Assembly (NCBI GenBank): GCA_964016885.1
Contig: OZ024744.1
Coordinates: forward strand, 95,108,001-95,172,000
Length of the DNA: 64,000 bases
DNA from: Eledone cirrhosa
Taxonomy: Eukaryota
Direction of reading: 5' to 3'
Shown here: positions 15,141 through 26,464 of the stretch, piece by piece
Position numbering within the stretch: position 1 is the first letter of the stretch
Layout: every line of letters starts with the position of its first letter
Made by a program: the position numbers and the translations under genes
The notes under the pieces: generated by a model
What the model was told of the DNA's origin: nothing
Databases searched by the model: none
The model's input: the letters and a program-made list of their open reading frames with translations, nothing else

Positions 15141-15268
15141 TCAAACAACAAGAAGTAATAACGGCAGATACAAGCCAGAAGCTCCGAAGAATATGGAGTG
15201 TACATATACTAAAGTATTGCAAAAATATATAATAAAAATAATAAAAATATATAATGAAAATTACTAAG

Positions 15269-15365
<97 letters not shown>

Positions 15366-15568
15366 GATTATGTCATTTATTTTATCTGACCTGTTTAGCT
15401 TGAGACTTGTTTTTTTGGCTTAAGTGATTTATGGCTTCTTAGTTTGTATGGCCTTTAAAACCTATGTTTATTGCTCTGGTCTTTTAGCCCATGGACCGCT
15501 TGCCAGCATGACTCGGAATTTGCGTTACGTTTCGCTTTTGCTACCCGCCGAAATGCGATTCTCGCTGA

Positions 15569-15624
<56 letters not shown>

Positions 15625-15625
<1 letters not shown>

Positions 15626-15819
15626 CGTTATTCCGGGTTGAATCGGAGGTAACCACAGTAAGTAAGGTACTCAATACATAGCAGAGTATAAAAGTTTTAA
15701 TATAGATGAGATTCTACAGGACTAGAACTGTTTCATTCTTTAGAAATCATCAGGAATCCTGATGATTTCTAAAGAATGAAACAGTTCTAGTCCTGTAGAA
15801 TCTCATCTATATTAAAACT
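15625..15819. mobile_element. Family C fold-back: ~63-bp-arm palindrome with back-to-back hammerhead cores
   Basis: 15693-15819 is self-complementary around 15756; CTGATGA 15759-15765, ttc/gaa stem, GAAAC 15778-15782, GTC 15790-15792; mirror copy on the minus strand. Confidence 0.7.
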
Positions 15820-15850
15820 ATATATATATATATATATATACATGTACAGG

Positions 15851-15964
<114 letters not shown>

Positions 15965-16943
15965 GACGTAGTATATAGCGAAATGGTTAAAGAGCTTGGT
16001 TCGCTACCAATCAGTCATGATTTCGATCCCACTGCTTGGCACCCGAGGCAAATGCCATTCATCATATCCCATCCTTGGTTCGACCATCGCCTTGTTTGGA
16101 AGTCTCTCGGACGGCCTCTAACTGCAATTCGAAGGCTCAGCCTAGTCATGCTGAATTTTCCCCCTGAAAATTACGTTAAGGATACACGTGTCTGTGGAAT
16201 GCTCAGTCACTTACACGTTAATTTCACTAGCAGACTGTTTCCATTGATCAAACAACTGGAACGCCCATTGTTGAAACCGACGGGGCACCATTCCATTCAA
16301 CACGCGCTCAACCCACACATACACGCATACATACATACATACACGCATACATACATACATACATACATACATACATACATACATACATACATACATACAT
16401 ACATTTACATACATACATACGTACATACATACATACATACATACATACATACATACATACATACATTTACATACATACATACATACGTACATACATACAT
16501 ACATACATACATGCATACATACATATAGGTATGTGTAGATATACATATATACTTATCTAGTATACACACACCTACAGATACATATATACACACATACATA
16601 CACGCACATATATACTTAAACACACACACACATGCATATATATATAAATACACACACACACAAATATAAATATATATATATATACACACAAATATATATA
16701 TATATATATACACACAAATATATATATATATATATACACAAATATAAATATATATATATACACAAATATAAATATATATATATATACACACAAATATATA
16801 TATATATATATACACACAAATATATATATATATACACAAATATATGCCAATACTGGAATTGAGCCATCAAGACCGTTGAGGTATATACAAATATATATAT
16901 ATATACAAATATACAAAAATATATATATTATATATATATATAT

Positions 16944-16994
<51 letters not shown>

Positions 16995-17555
16995 TAGATA
17001 ATTATATATTAGATAGATACATCAAGAGAGAGAGAGAAAGAAAGAGGGAGCGTGAAAGAGAGAGAGGGTGAAAGAGAAGAGGGAGGTTGTACGATTGAAT
17101 AACTAGAGAAAATGAAAGTGAGAGAACGTGTGATTAAAATTTAGTGAAAAAGAGACATTGTTATAATATTCATTGATTAATACTAATAAATACACACATA
17201 ATCTCGTAGTTTGTATCGATAAATGAATTTAGATTGATAGATCGATCCATCGAACGATAGAAAAATAGATAGATTCCTTGATCGATTAATTGTCATAAAG
17301 ATAGATGTACACATACATAATAGTGTATTATTTTTTTTTTATTATACATATATTTATATAATTTTATGTTTACACGTAAACATATATTAGTGTATGCACA
17401 TATAATAACGTGGTTGAAAAACGAAATTTGTATATGATAGAGAATTCAAACAATGCATTTATAAAGAAACGGTTTGAAAGAGAATTAAAACTTCAAATGG
17501 AAACGAATGACCTTCCTCACATCCACCACGAAATCAAAAAATTGGTTTAACTTAC

Positions 17556-17730
17556 TTTGCGGGGAGGCGGTTGCATTTTTGGTTGTCGAGTCTGGAGAAA
17601 ATGGTAATAAGGAAACACAAGCTTATAGATGTGGCGAAGAGAAGGATAATAACGAAAGTGAGCCTTTTCTTCTTTCTTAAAAACCGAATACCACTTTCAT
17701 AATCAGCATCATTGGTGTAGTCTAAAGGAC
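17556..17730 (-). CDS. Candidate coding exon of an unidentified type II membrane protein
   Basis: Minus-strand acceptor ttgctccacag|G and donor AA|gtaagt bracket 175 bp of open frame: PLDYTNDADYESGIRFL-RKKKR-LTFVIILLFATSISLCFLITIF-SRLDNQKCNRLPA (basic cluster then a 22-aa hydrophobic helix). Lies in unique sequence. Confidence 0.5.
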
Positions 17731-18069
17731 CTGTGGAGCAACAGTAGCGATTAAAATATAGCCATTTTACACCCACTTTTTCTCTAGCATGCGCTTGCGC
17801 ACCCTCCTCTTTCTAATGCTTTCTGTCTTTCCCCTTTTCTCCCTCGTTTTTATGTCGATTCTTCTTTTTCTCTCTCGTTCCTAATTACTTCTGTTTCCCC
17901 GTCTCTCTTTTTATCTATTCATTGCCTCATCCATCATATTTCTCTCGATATTGTTTTAATTTTCTTTGCTTTCTCTCTTTACATAATATCATGATATAGC
18001 TCATATTTATATTATATTATATTTATATTTATATTATATTATATTTTATTACATCACATTTATATATTT

Positions 18070-18111
<42 letters not shown>

Positions 18112-18303
18112 AACAATCTTTTTTTTTCTGTCTCTCCACCCATTTATCTATCTGTTAATCAATTTATTATGTATTGGTCTTTCTTTCTTATCTGTCTGTC
18201 TGTCTGTCTACCTGAGAAAGATATCTGTTTATCTATCTACCTGTCTCCCTGTTTTTCTATATATACGTGTATACATCTTTCTCTCTCTCCTTCTCTCTCT
18301 CTC

Positions 18304-18338
<35 letters not shown>

Positions 18339-18373
18339 ATTTATATATATATGTGTGTGTGTGTGTATATATA

Positions 18374-18428
<55 letters not shown>

Positions 18429-18496
18429 ATCTAGCTTAACATATCTATCTATTTATCCCTCTCTCTCTCTCTCTCCACACACACACATACACACAC

Positions 18497-18552
<56 letters not shown>

Positions 18553-18715
18553 ATGTGTGTGTTTCAGTTTATTTATCTATATTTTACACAAACGAATGCA
18601 GCTGTTGACATGCATGAACAGAAGAAATATATCTATAGATTATATAACCATTTTCAACTCCTTAGCATTATTTATATATATATATATATAATATATGTGT
18701 GTGTGTGTGTGTTTA

Positions 18716-18794
<79 letters not shown>

Positions 18795-20173
18795 TAATCG
18801 AATAGATTTTTATACTTTCTACGATATTGGTCACACTTCACCTATTTTTAGGCTTGAGTTCCATACATTTATAATAATACATGGATCTGCATAGATGTAG
18901 CTGTTGTTGTTATTGCTGCTGCTGCTGCTGCAGTTGTTCAACTGATGCTACCGCAACCGTCAACACAACCCAGCCAGCCACACACTAGCACTGGCGACCA
19001 CAATCAACACTAATTGCCTAAAATATTACTACCGCACTAACAGAAATTATTACGACCTTATGTTTATTGGACAATCTTTTTTTTTTTCCCCTTTTAGCTT
19101 CGAAAGATCACCTGTTTAACTTGTCCCTGCCCTACCCTCCGCAGAACGTGTAATATAATGTAATGTAATGTAATGTAATGTAATGTAATATAATATATAT
19201 ATATATGAAAATTGAATTAGAATTAGAAGGCGGTGCCCGTGAGGGTGCCTGGTTGTTTCAGCACCTTAGCCTCGCCATCACCCGTGGTATTGCTGCGAGC
19301 GTGTTGGCTTGCCTCAAACATTTCTCGTTGACCCTTGTGATACGATGTGATGTGCGGCCGATTGTTGTTGCCCTTGGTGGTGAATTGGTGATCCTTTTTG
19401 TTATTGTTTCACCTTTTCTTTCTTTCTATTTCTGTCGCTCTGGTCGTATATTTTGGTGGGTAGTAAAGTTTGTAAGGTTCCTAGCAATAGTTAATTGTAT
19501 TTATTATATGTTTTATAAAGAATATTAGAAGATTTAGACGTATTTTTAACTAAAGAAAATAGTCTAATAACGGGACAATATATGTCCACTGGACGGGAAA
19601 CAATGAGCACAATAAATTACAATGAAGCTGCATGCACACTAATTCGTTACATTACAGGCTGGGCGAGAGACCATTTCCGTGATAGCTCGACCTGCTAGAA
19701 ATAGAAGCCTACAAATAACTCTCAAATCACGCCCCTTACTTTACTGAGAGAGGGGGGGGGGGATAAGAAAGTTAAAAGGAGTGGATGCACATTGGGCCGT
19801 GTAGTCCGAGATAACCTCAAAAAACAAGACGGAATAGTCATGACTTTAATTCAATACCTTTGATCGATCACAGGTTTGCTTATTCGATCGGAGTTGAACT
19901 GGGACTAGACTGGGACTGTTCGAGATCAAACCTAGTAAATCACTTCAAACCTGGACCATGTTTCTTTGTGTGTGTCTGCGTGTCTACATATGTGTTTGTG
20001 TGTGGCTATGTGTTTGTGTGTGGCTATGTGTGCGTGTGCATGCGTATATGTGTGTTTTAGAGCACGTGTCTCTCTGTGTGTGTGGTTGTGTTTATGTACG
20101 TGTCTCTGTGTTTCTGTATGTGTGAGTCTGGCTGTGTGTTTATGTATGTGTGGCTGTGGCTGCGTCTTGACGT

Positions 20174-20207
<34 letters not shown>

Positions 20208-20760
20208 CTGAGTGTTTATGTATGTGGTGTATGGTTGTGTTTATGTATGTGTGAGCGTGGCTGTGTGTTTATGTACGTGTCTGTGTGAGTATCGTTGCAT
20301 GTTTATGTACGTGTGTGGCTGAGTGTTTATGTACGTGTGGGTGTGGCTGTGTGTTTATCTACGCGTATGTGTCAATGTGTGTGTGTGTGTGTGTGTCGAT
20401 GTGTTTATGTACGCGTCAGTATGTATATGTGTACGTGCGCGTGTATACGAGTTTCATCGAACTTATCTGTCCGTGTTTGGTTTAATCAATTTCATTATTA
20501 ATAACATCCACAGGGGCGGTGGATTGGCAGTATCGGTGGCGGGTCGGACGCCATGCTTTGTGGCACAGAGTTACGGCCCTTTACGGCCTGAGTTCAAATC
20601 CCGCCGAGGTTAACTTTGCCTTTAATCCTTACCAGGTCGATAAAATAAAGCACCAGTAATGCACTGGGGGTGTCAATTCAATCGACTTTCCCCTCGCCTT
20701 CAAATTACTGGCCTTGTGCCTATACTAGAAATCATTATTAATAACTGTTGATAATCATTA

Positions 20761-21570
20761 TTAATAACGGGGTCGATAAAATAAAGTACCAGTAATGCAC
20801 TGGGTAATTTGCTGGCCTTGTGCCTAAAGCAGAAACAATTATTAATAACGGGGTCGATAAAATAAAGTACCAGTAATGCACTGGGTAATTTGCTGGCCTT
20901 GTGCCTAAAGTAGAAACAATTATTAATAACGGGGTCGATAAAATAAAGTACCAGTAATGCACTGGGTAATTTGCTGGCCTTGTGCCTAAAGTAGAAACAA
21001 TTATTAATAACGGGGTCGATAAAATAAAGTACCAGTAATGCACTGGGTAATTTGCTGGCCTTGTGCCTAAAGTAGAAACAATTATTAATAACGGGGTCGA
21101 TAAAATAAAGTACCAGTAATGCACTGGGTAATTTGCTGGCCTTGTGCCTAAAGTAGAAACAATTATTAATAACGGGGTCGATAAAATAAAGTACCAGTAA
21201 TGCACTGGGTAATTTGCTGGCCTTGTGCCTAAAGTAGAAACAATTATTAATAACGGGGTCGATAAAATAAAGTACCAGTAATGCACTGGGTAATTTGCTG
21301 GCCTTGTGCCTAAAGTAGAAACAATTATTAATAACGGGGTCGATAAAATAAAGTACCAGTAATGCACTGGGTAATTTGCTGGCCTTGTGCCTAAAGTAGA
21401 AACAATTATTAATAACGGGGTCGATAAAATAAAGTACCAGTAATGCACTGGGTAATTTGCTGGCCTTGTGCCTAAAGTAGAAACAATTATTAATAACGGG
21501 GTCGATAAAATAAAGTACCAGTAATGCACTGGGTAATTTGCTGGCCTTGTGCCTAAAGTAGAAACAATTA
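20761..21570 (+). repeat. Ten tandem 81-bp copies of the SINE1 3' half
   Basis: Unit ttaataacggggtcgataaaataaagtaccag...gtagaaacaatta, nearly invariant; flanked by a plus-strand and a minus-strand SINE1. Confidence 0.95.
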
Positions 21571-22088
21571 TTAATAACTGTTTCTACTTTTTGGCACAAG
21601 GCCAGCAAATTACCCAGATAAAATAAAGTACCATTACTGGTACTTTATTTTATCGACCCCCCCCCCCCCCCCCGTAATGATGAAAGGCAAAGTTAACCTC
21701 GGCGGGATTTGAACTCAGAACGCAAAGGGCCGTAACTCTATGCTGCAAAGCATGGTGTCTGACGCTCTACCGATTACTGCCAATCCACCGATCCGCTACT
21801 TTGGATTAGCAGAGCTTGGCTCTGATAGAGCAACAACATCAACAGAAGCAGTAACAACAGTAACAATAACTAATATTAATACTAATATTAATATTAACAT
21901 TAACAACTTCTTTCTACAACTCAGTAGCCAGTCAGTCCTTTGATTATATAAATATATATTAAATATCAGCATATTATTAGTTGTAGGGAGGAGGGTGAGC
22001 GGGGGGGGGGGGGGCACGACTCCACCACCACTTGTGGTATGTGATTGAATGTCCAGGTCTTCTCGTCGACCTTTTTTAAAAAATGATT

Positions 22089-22136
<48 letters not shown>

Positions 22137-22137
22137 C

Positions 22138-22227
22138 TATATATGATGAAACACAGATACCAACACATCTGTATTTATATTGCAATATAAATACAGATGT
22201 GTTGGTATCTGTGTTTCATCATATATA
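22138..22227. repeat. Perfect ~90-bp palindrome in a (TA)n context
   Basis: Centred on TGCA at 22181-22184; arms begin tatatatgatgaaacacagatacc. Confidence 0.85.
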
Positions 22228-22300
22228 TTAGTTTAGACACACGGCTCAGGGGTATTTCCTCCTTCGAGCTAATTCCATTGTAAAAGAATTCATTACACTT

Positions 22301-22381
<81 letters not shown>

Positions 22382-22389
22382 CATATATA

Positions 22390-22474
22390 CAGGGTGTCCC
22401 CATAAATATAAACACACGTCAACAACATTCTAATCGAAGTGTGTATACATTTAGGTGGGGCGGGGGACACCCTG
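22390..22474. mobile_element. 85-bp Tc1/mariner-type MITE (related copy ~52981-53058)
   Basis: TA-CAGGGTGTCCCC ... GGGGACACCCTG-TA. Confidence 0.75.
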
Positions 22475-22494
22475 TATGTATGTATGTATGTAGG

Positions 22495-22555
<61 letters not shown>

Positions 22556-22874
22556 GAAAATAAACGAACAAAACACCGGAGGCAATTGTACAGTTATATT
22601 AGGTTCGCGCTTGGTGGAAGTGGAGCAATATATATATATATGTATATATATATATCGAATCGATCGACTTTCGTCAAATCGGACCGAGGAAACAATGTTT
22701 TCGTCGGTCTTTCCAGTTGCTAGTACTATCTACCGGTCGCAACTCCAGGTAGAACGAGCAACGTGAAATAAAGTGTCTTGCTCAAGGGCATAACGCATCG
22801 CCCGGTCCAGGAATCGAACTCACAACCTCAAGATTGTGAATCCAATTCTCTAACCACTTAGCACACGCCTTCAC

Positions 22875-22905
<31 letters not shown>

Positions 22906-23319
22906 TTATATTATATATATATTTATATATATACAGAGAGAGGGAGAGAGATACATGCATGCGTACATACATACATACATGCATACAGACAACCCAGTAA
23001 AAATATATAAAACATTCCAAAAATGTTGCATCTAATAACTGCATATACACATGTACAAATACAAAGCATATACACATGCACACATACAACTCGAAACATC
23101 CACATCCACACATACAATAACATCCATATCTACACACCCATGCATGCATACATATCTACCTAGTTGATGTTGTGTAAATTCCAATGAGAGAGTCTTGTGT
23201 CTATGTTAGAAACCGACTCTCTCTCTCTCTATTGGGAAACAATTTGTGAAATTATAAAACCAGAGGAATATACATACATATATGCATACATACATACACA
23301 CATACATATATAAATAGAG

Positions 23320-24110
23320 GGGATAAACCACTCAAAAAGCCTGGCATGTAGTTCCGACAAGTTTATGACATCACACCTTGAGGGATATCTCTATGCAAAT
23401 ATCTGCTGCACAAAAGAGGAGGGCCATCAGCTGACAATAAATGTAGGCTATGTAAAACAAAGATCGAGGATGTAAGCCACATTGTTGCCAGCTGCGAAAG
23501 AATGTCATCTCGCTACTACCTCCCCATGAGACACGATGGGATAGCTAGAACCATCTGGAACGCACTTCGGAAAACAAAATTAACAACAAACGAGGAAGAA
23601 TATATTGAGACAGATGGCACTAAGGAATACTGGTGGAACCTGAAAATAAAAACTGCCACCAAATTAAAGCACAACCGGCCTGATATTGTTGTTTGAGACC
23701 ACACATTGAAAACGGGTTCTGTTGTGGAGATCAGCTGCCCACTTGTGGTAAACGTTGTCAGAAAAATACAGAAGGAGGACATCTACGGACCATTGATGAG
23801 GAGTTTACAAATCCAGTATCCAAGATACACCTTTAGCTTCATACCCGTCATTATTGGAGCTACGGGTTATATACCAACCCGCTTGGACCAAAGTATGACT
23901 GAACTTGGATTTGCGGACAAAAAGCGCAGCTCCCTAATTCATAGTCTACAAATGGTTGCGATAGCTGGCACCTTCAAAATTTGCAAAACATTCTTGCGAT
24001 TCAAGGGATGACAATTTCTTTTCTTTTACAACCTTGCCACCAGGAAGGTGGCCGGTCAAAAAAAATATACTCGAAATTAAGAGAAAGAGATAATACATAC
24101 ATACATACAC
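23320..24110 (+). mobile_element. 3' fragment of an R4/Dong-like (REL endonuclease) LINE
   Basis: CRLC..EDVSHIVASC zinc knuckle, RHD, RPDI and VEISCP motifs, with in-frame stops. Confidence 0.8.
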
Positions 24111-24184
24111 ATATACATAGACACACACACATACATACATAGATAGATATTCTATCGGGGGTATCTTACTGACCTCTACCAACA

Positions 24185-26464
24185 AGTTCTTAAGGGAGAT
24201 ACACTTATACCAGAATGGTTGACACTAGCACAAACATTACTGGTCCCCAAGAACAAAAACACCCACTTGGCAAAAAAAAAAACTAGCGACCCATTGCATG
24301 CCAGAACCTGATGTACAAGATGTATACAGCCTGCCTGAACCTATTCCTCCAAGATCACTGTGAAAATAATATCATCACAGATGAACAAGCAGCTGGAAAG
24401 AAAGGGGTTCGGGGATGTGCTGAACAACTCCTAATCAACAAAACTGCGATGTCGGAGGTGCGACAACTTAGGAGGAATATGACTACAGTCTGGCTGGACT
24501 ACAGGAAAGCTTTCGATTCTGTTCCCCACTCTTGGATGATAGAGGCCCTCCAACTTGCTAAAGACCCAGACATTATTGTCAGAGCCATAGAGAGGCTGTC
24601 TTCTTCTTGGGCTACTATCCTACAGAGAGGGGGGGGGGACTCTATTTTCACTGATAAAATAAAATATTGCAGGGGTATATTTCAGGGGACAGTCTCTGTG
24701 ATATTATTCATCTTGTCATTAAACCCCTTGTCCTTTCTGCTCAAGAAATGTGAGGGATACATCATTGGCTCACAGGAGGACAGAAATACGAACCTAACCC
24801 ATAATTTCTTTGTGGACGATCTGAAACTATGCCAAGAACATGGATGGGATGAGGGAAAATCTTGACCTGGTTACAACGTTCTCAAAGGCTATAGGAATGG
24901 AGTTTGGCCATGATAAATGCTCAAACATGACTGTAAAGCGGGGAAAAACAACCCAATCTAGCAACAATGTCATCAATGGCCTAACTGTTTCACCGATATC
25001 TGATGAGGGCTGCTACAGATACCTGGGGATAGATGAGAACATATCCTATAATGGTATCTGTAATAAAGAACGCGTTACCAGGAATAATACACCCGATTAA
25101 GAAAGATCTGGTTATCGGAACTCTCTGCGCAAAACAAAACAGTGTCTCACAATGTGTTTGCTGTGCCTGTCTTAACACCAACGTTTGGAATACTCAATTG
25201 GACGATAGACGAAATCCGAGCAGTTGATATTGGAACTCGAAAAATACTGAACAACACCGGAAACTTCCACATCAACAGTGACATAGACCGCCTTTACTTG
25301 AAACGTAAGCAGAGAGGCAGGGAGGCCTAACATCAGTCCAGACACCATTTGAATGTCGCTCTCCAACAACATCTACGAACCTCGAAGCGTAGGAGCCCGT
25401 TTTTCGAGCAAGTCTATCTGCATGAAACAGATAAGATCATGAGAGTTGGGAAGGAACTCCTCGAGAGATATTCCCTGTGTGATAATCAAAAACTCACACC
25501 CAGGAATGTCACTCAGCAGTATCGCAGTGATTCCATGGATGAAAAACTGCATACCTATCAGCAAGACATCATGCATGGATATGTTGCCAGGAAACTCCAG
25601 AGTGAGAGTAATATAGATAAGGAAAGTAGTCTATCTTGGACCAACAACCGCTATATTGGCTCCCACTTTGAAGGATACACGTTTGCAATCCAGGAACAGG
25701 AGATTAACACGAAATACCTGAAAAGAGATATGGATGCAGGCAAAACACCTAGATGTGATAACAAGTGCAGACTCTGCAGAACTAACATCGAGGATATCAC
25801 CCATGTCTTCAGCAGCTGTCCAAAGATGTCATCGCGGTACTATTTACCTATAAGGCATGATGTAGTGGCAAAAACACTGTACAATGCAGTTCGTAAAAAA
25901 GATAGCCCCGATAATAAACACATTAAACGCTACAGCAATGTGGAAAACATCCACGTACATAATATGAAAGAGTACTGGTGGAATGTTCCAGTAAAAACCC
26001 AAATAAAATGCAGGCATAACAGACCAGGTATTATGATATGGGACAGGGAGAAGAAAACATGCACAGTAGTGGAAATTAGCTGCCCAGCAGATGCCAATAT
26101 AATATCAAAGATTAGCGAAAAGGAGAATATTTATGCAGAGCTGATGAGAAATCTGCGGATACTCCACTCTGATTACACCTTCAGATTTATGTCTGTGATT
26201 ATTGGGGCACTGGGGTATGTTAGTAACTGCCTCAATACAAATATTGAGAAGCTAGGATTCACAGGAACAGAAAGAACACAACTAGTTAGGAAATTACATG
26301 TACAATCCATTAATGGAACAGTAAACATATGTAAAACATTCCAAAAATTTTGCATCTAATAACTGCATATGTTCATGTACAGATGCAAAGCATATACACA
26401 TGCACACATACAACTCACAACATACAAATCCACACATACAATAACATCCATATCTACACATGCA
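24185..26464 (+). mobile_element. 5'-truncated R4/Dong-like LINE (RT + CCHC + REL); its 3' UTR resumes at 29415-29540
   Basis: RT motifs WLDYRKAFDSVPH, RGIFQG, FVDDLKL; C-terminal CRLC..H...C, RHD, VEISCP; frameshifted. The 3' UTR matches the uninterrupted copy at ~23000-23270. Confidence 0.9.

Noticed and set aside
20700-21608. 302-aa and 263-aa repeat ORFs, or a CRISPR-like array
   Set aside because: Identical 81-bp SINE-tail units with no unique spacers, no cas genes and a eukaryotic context.
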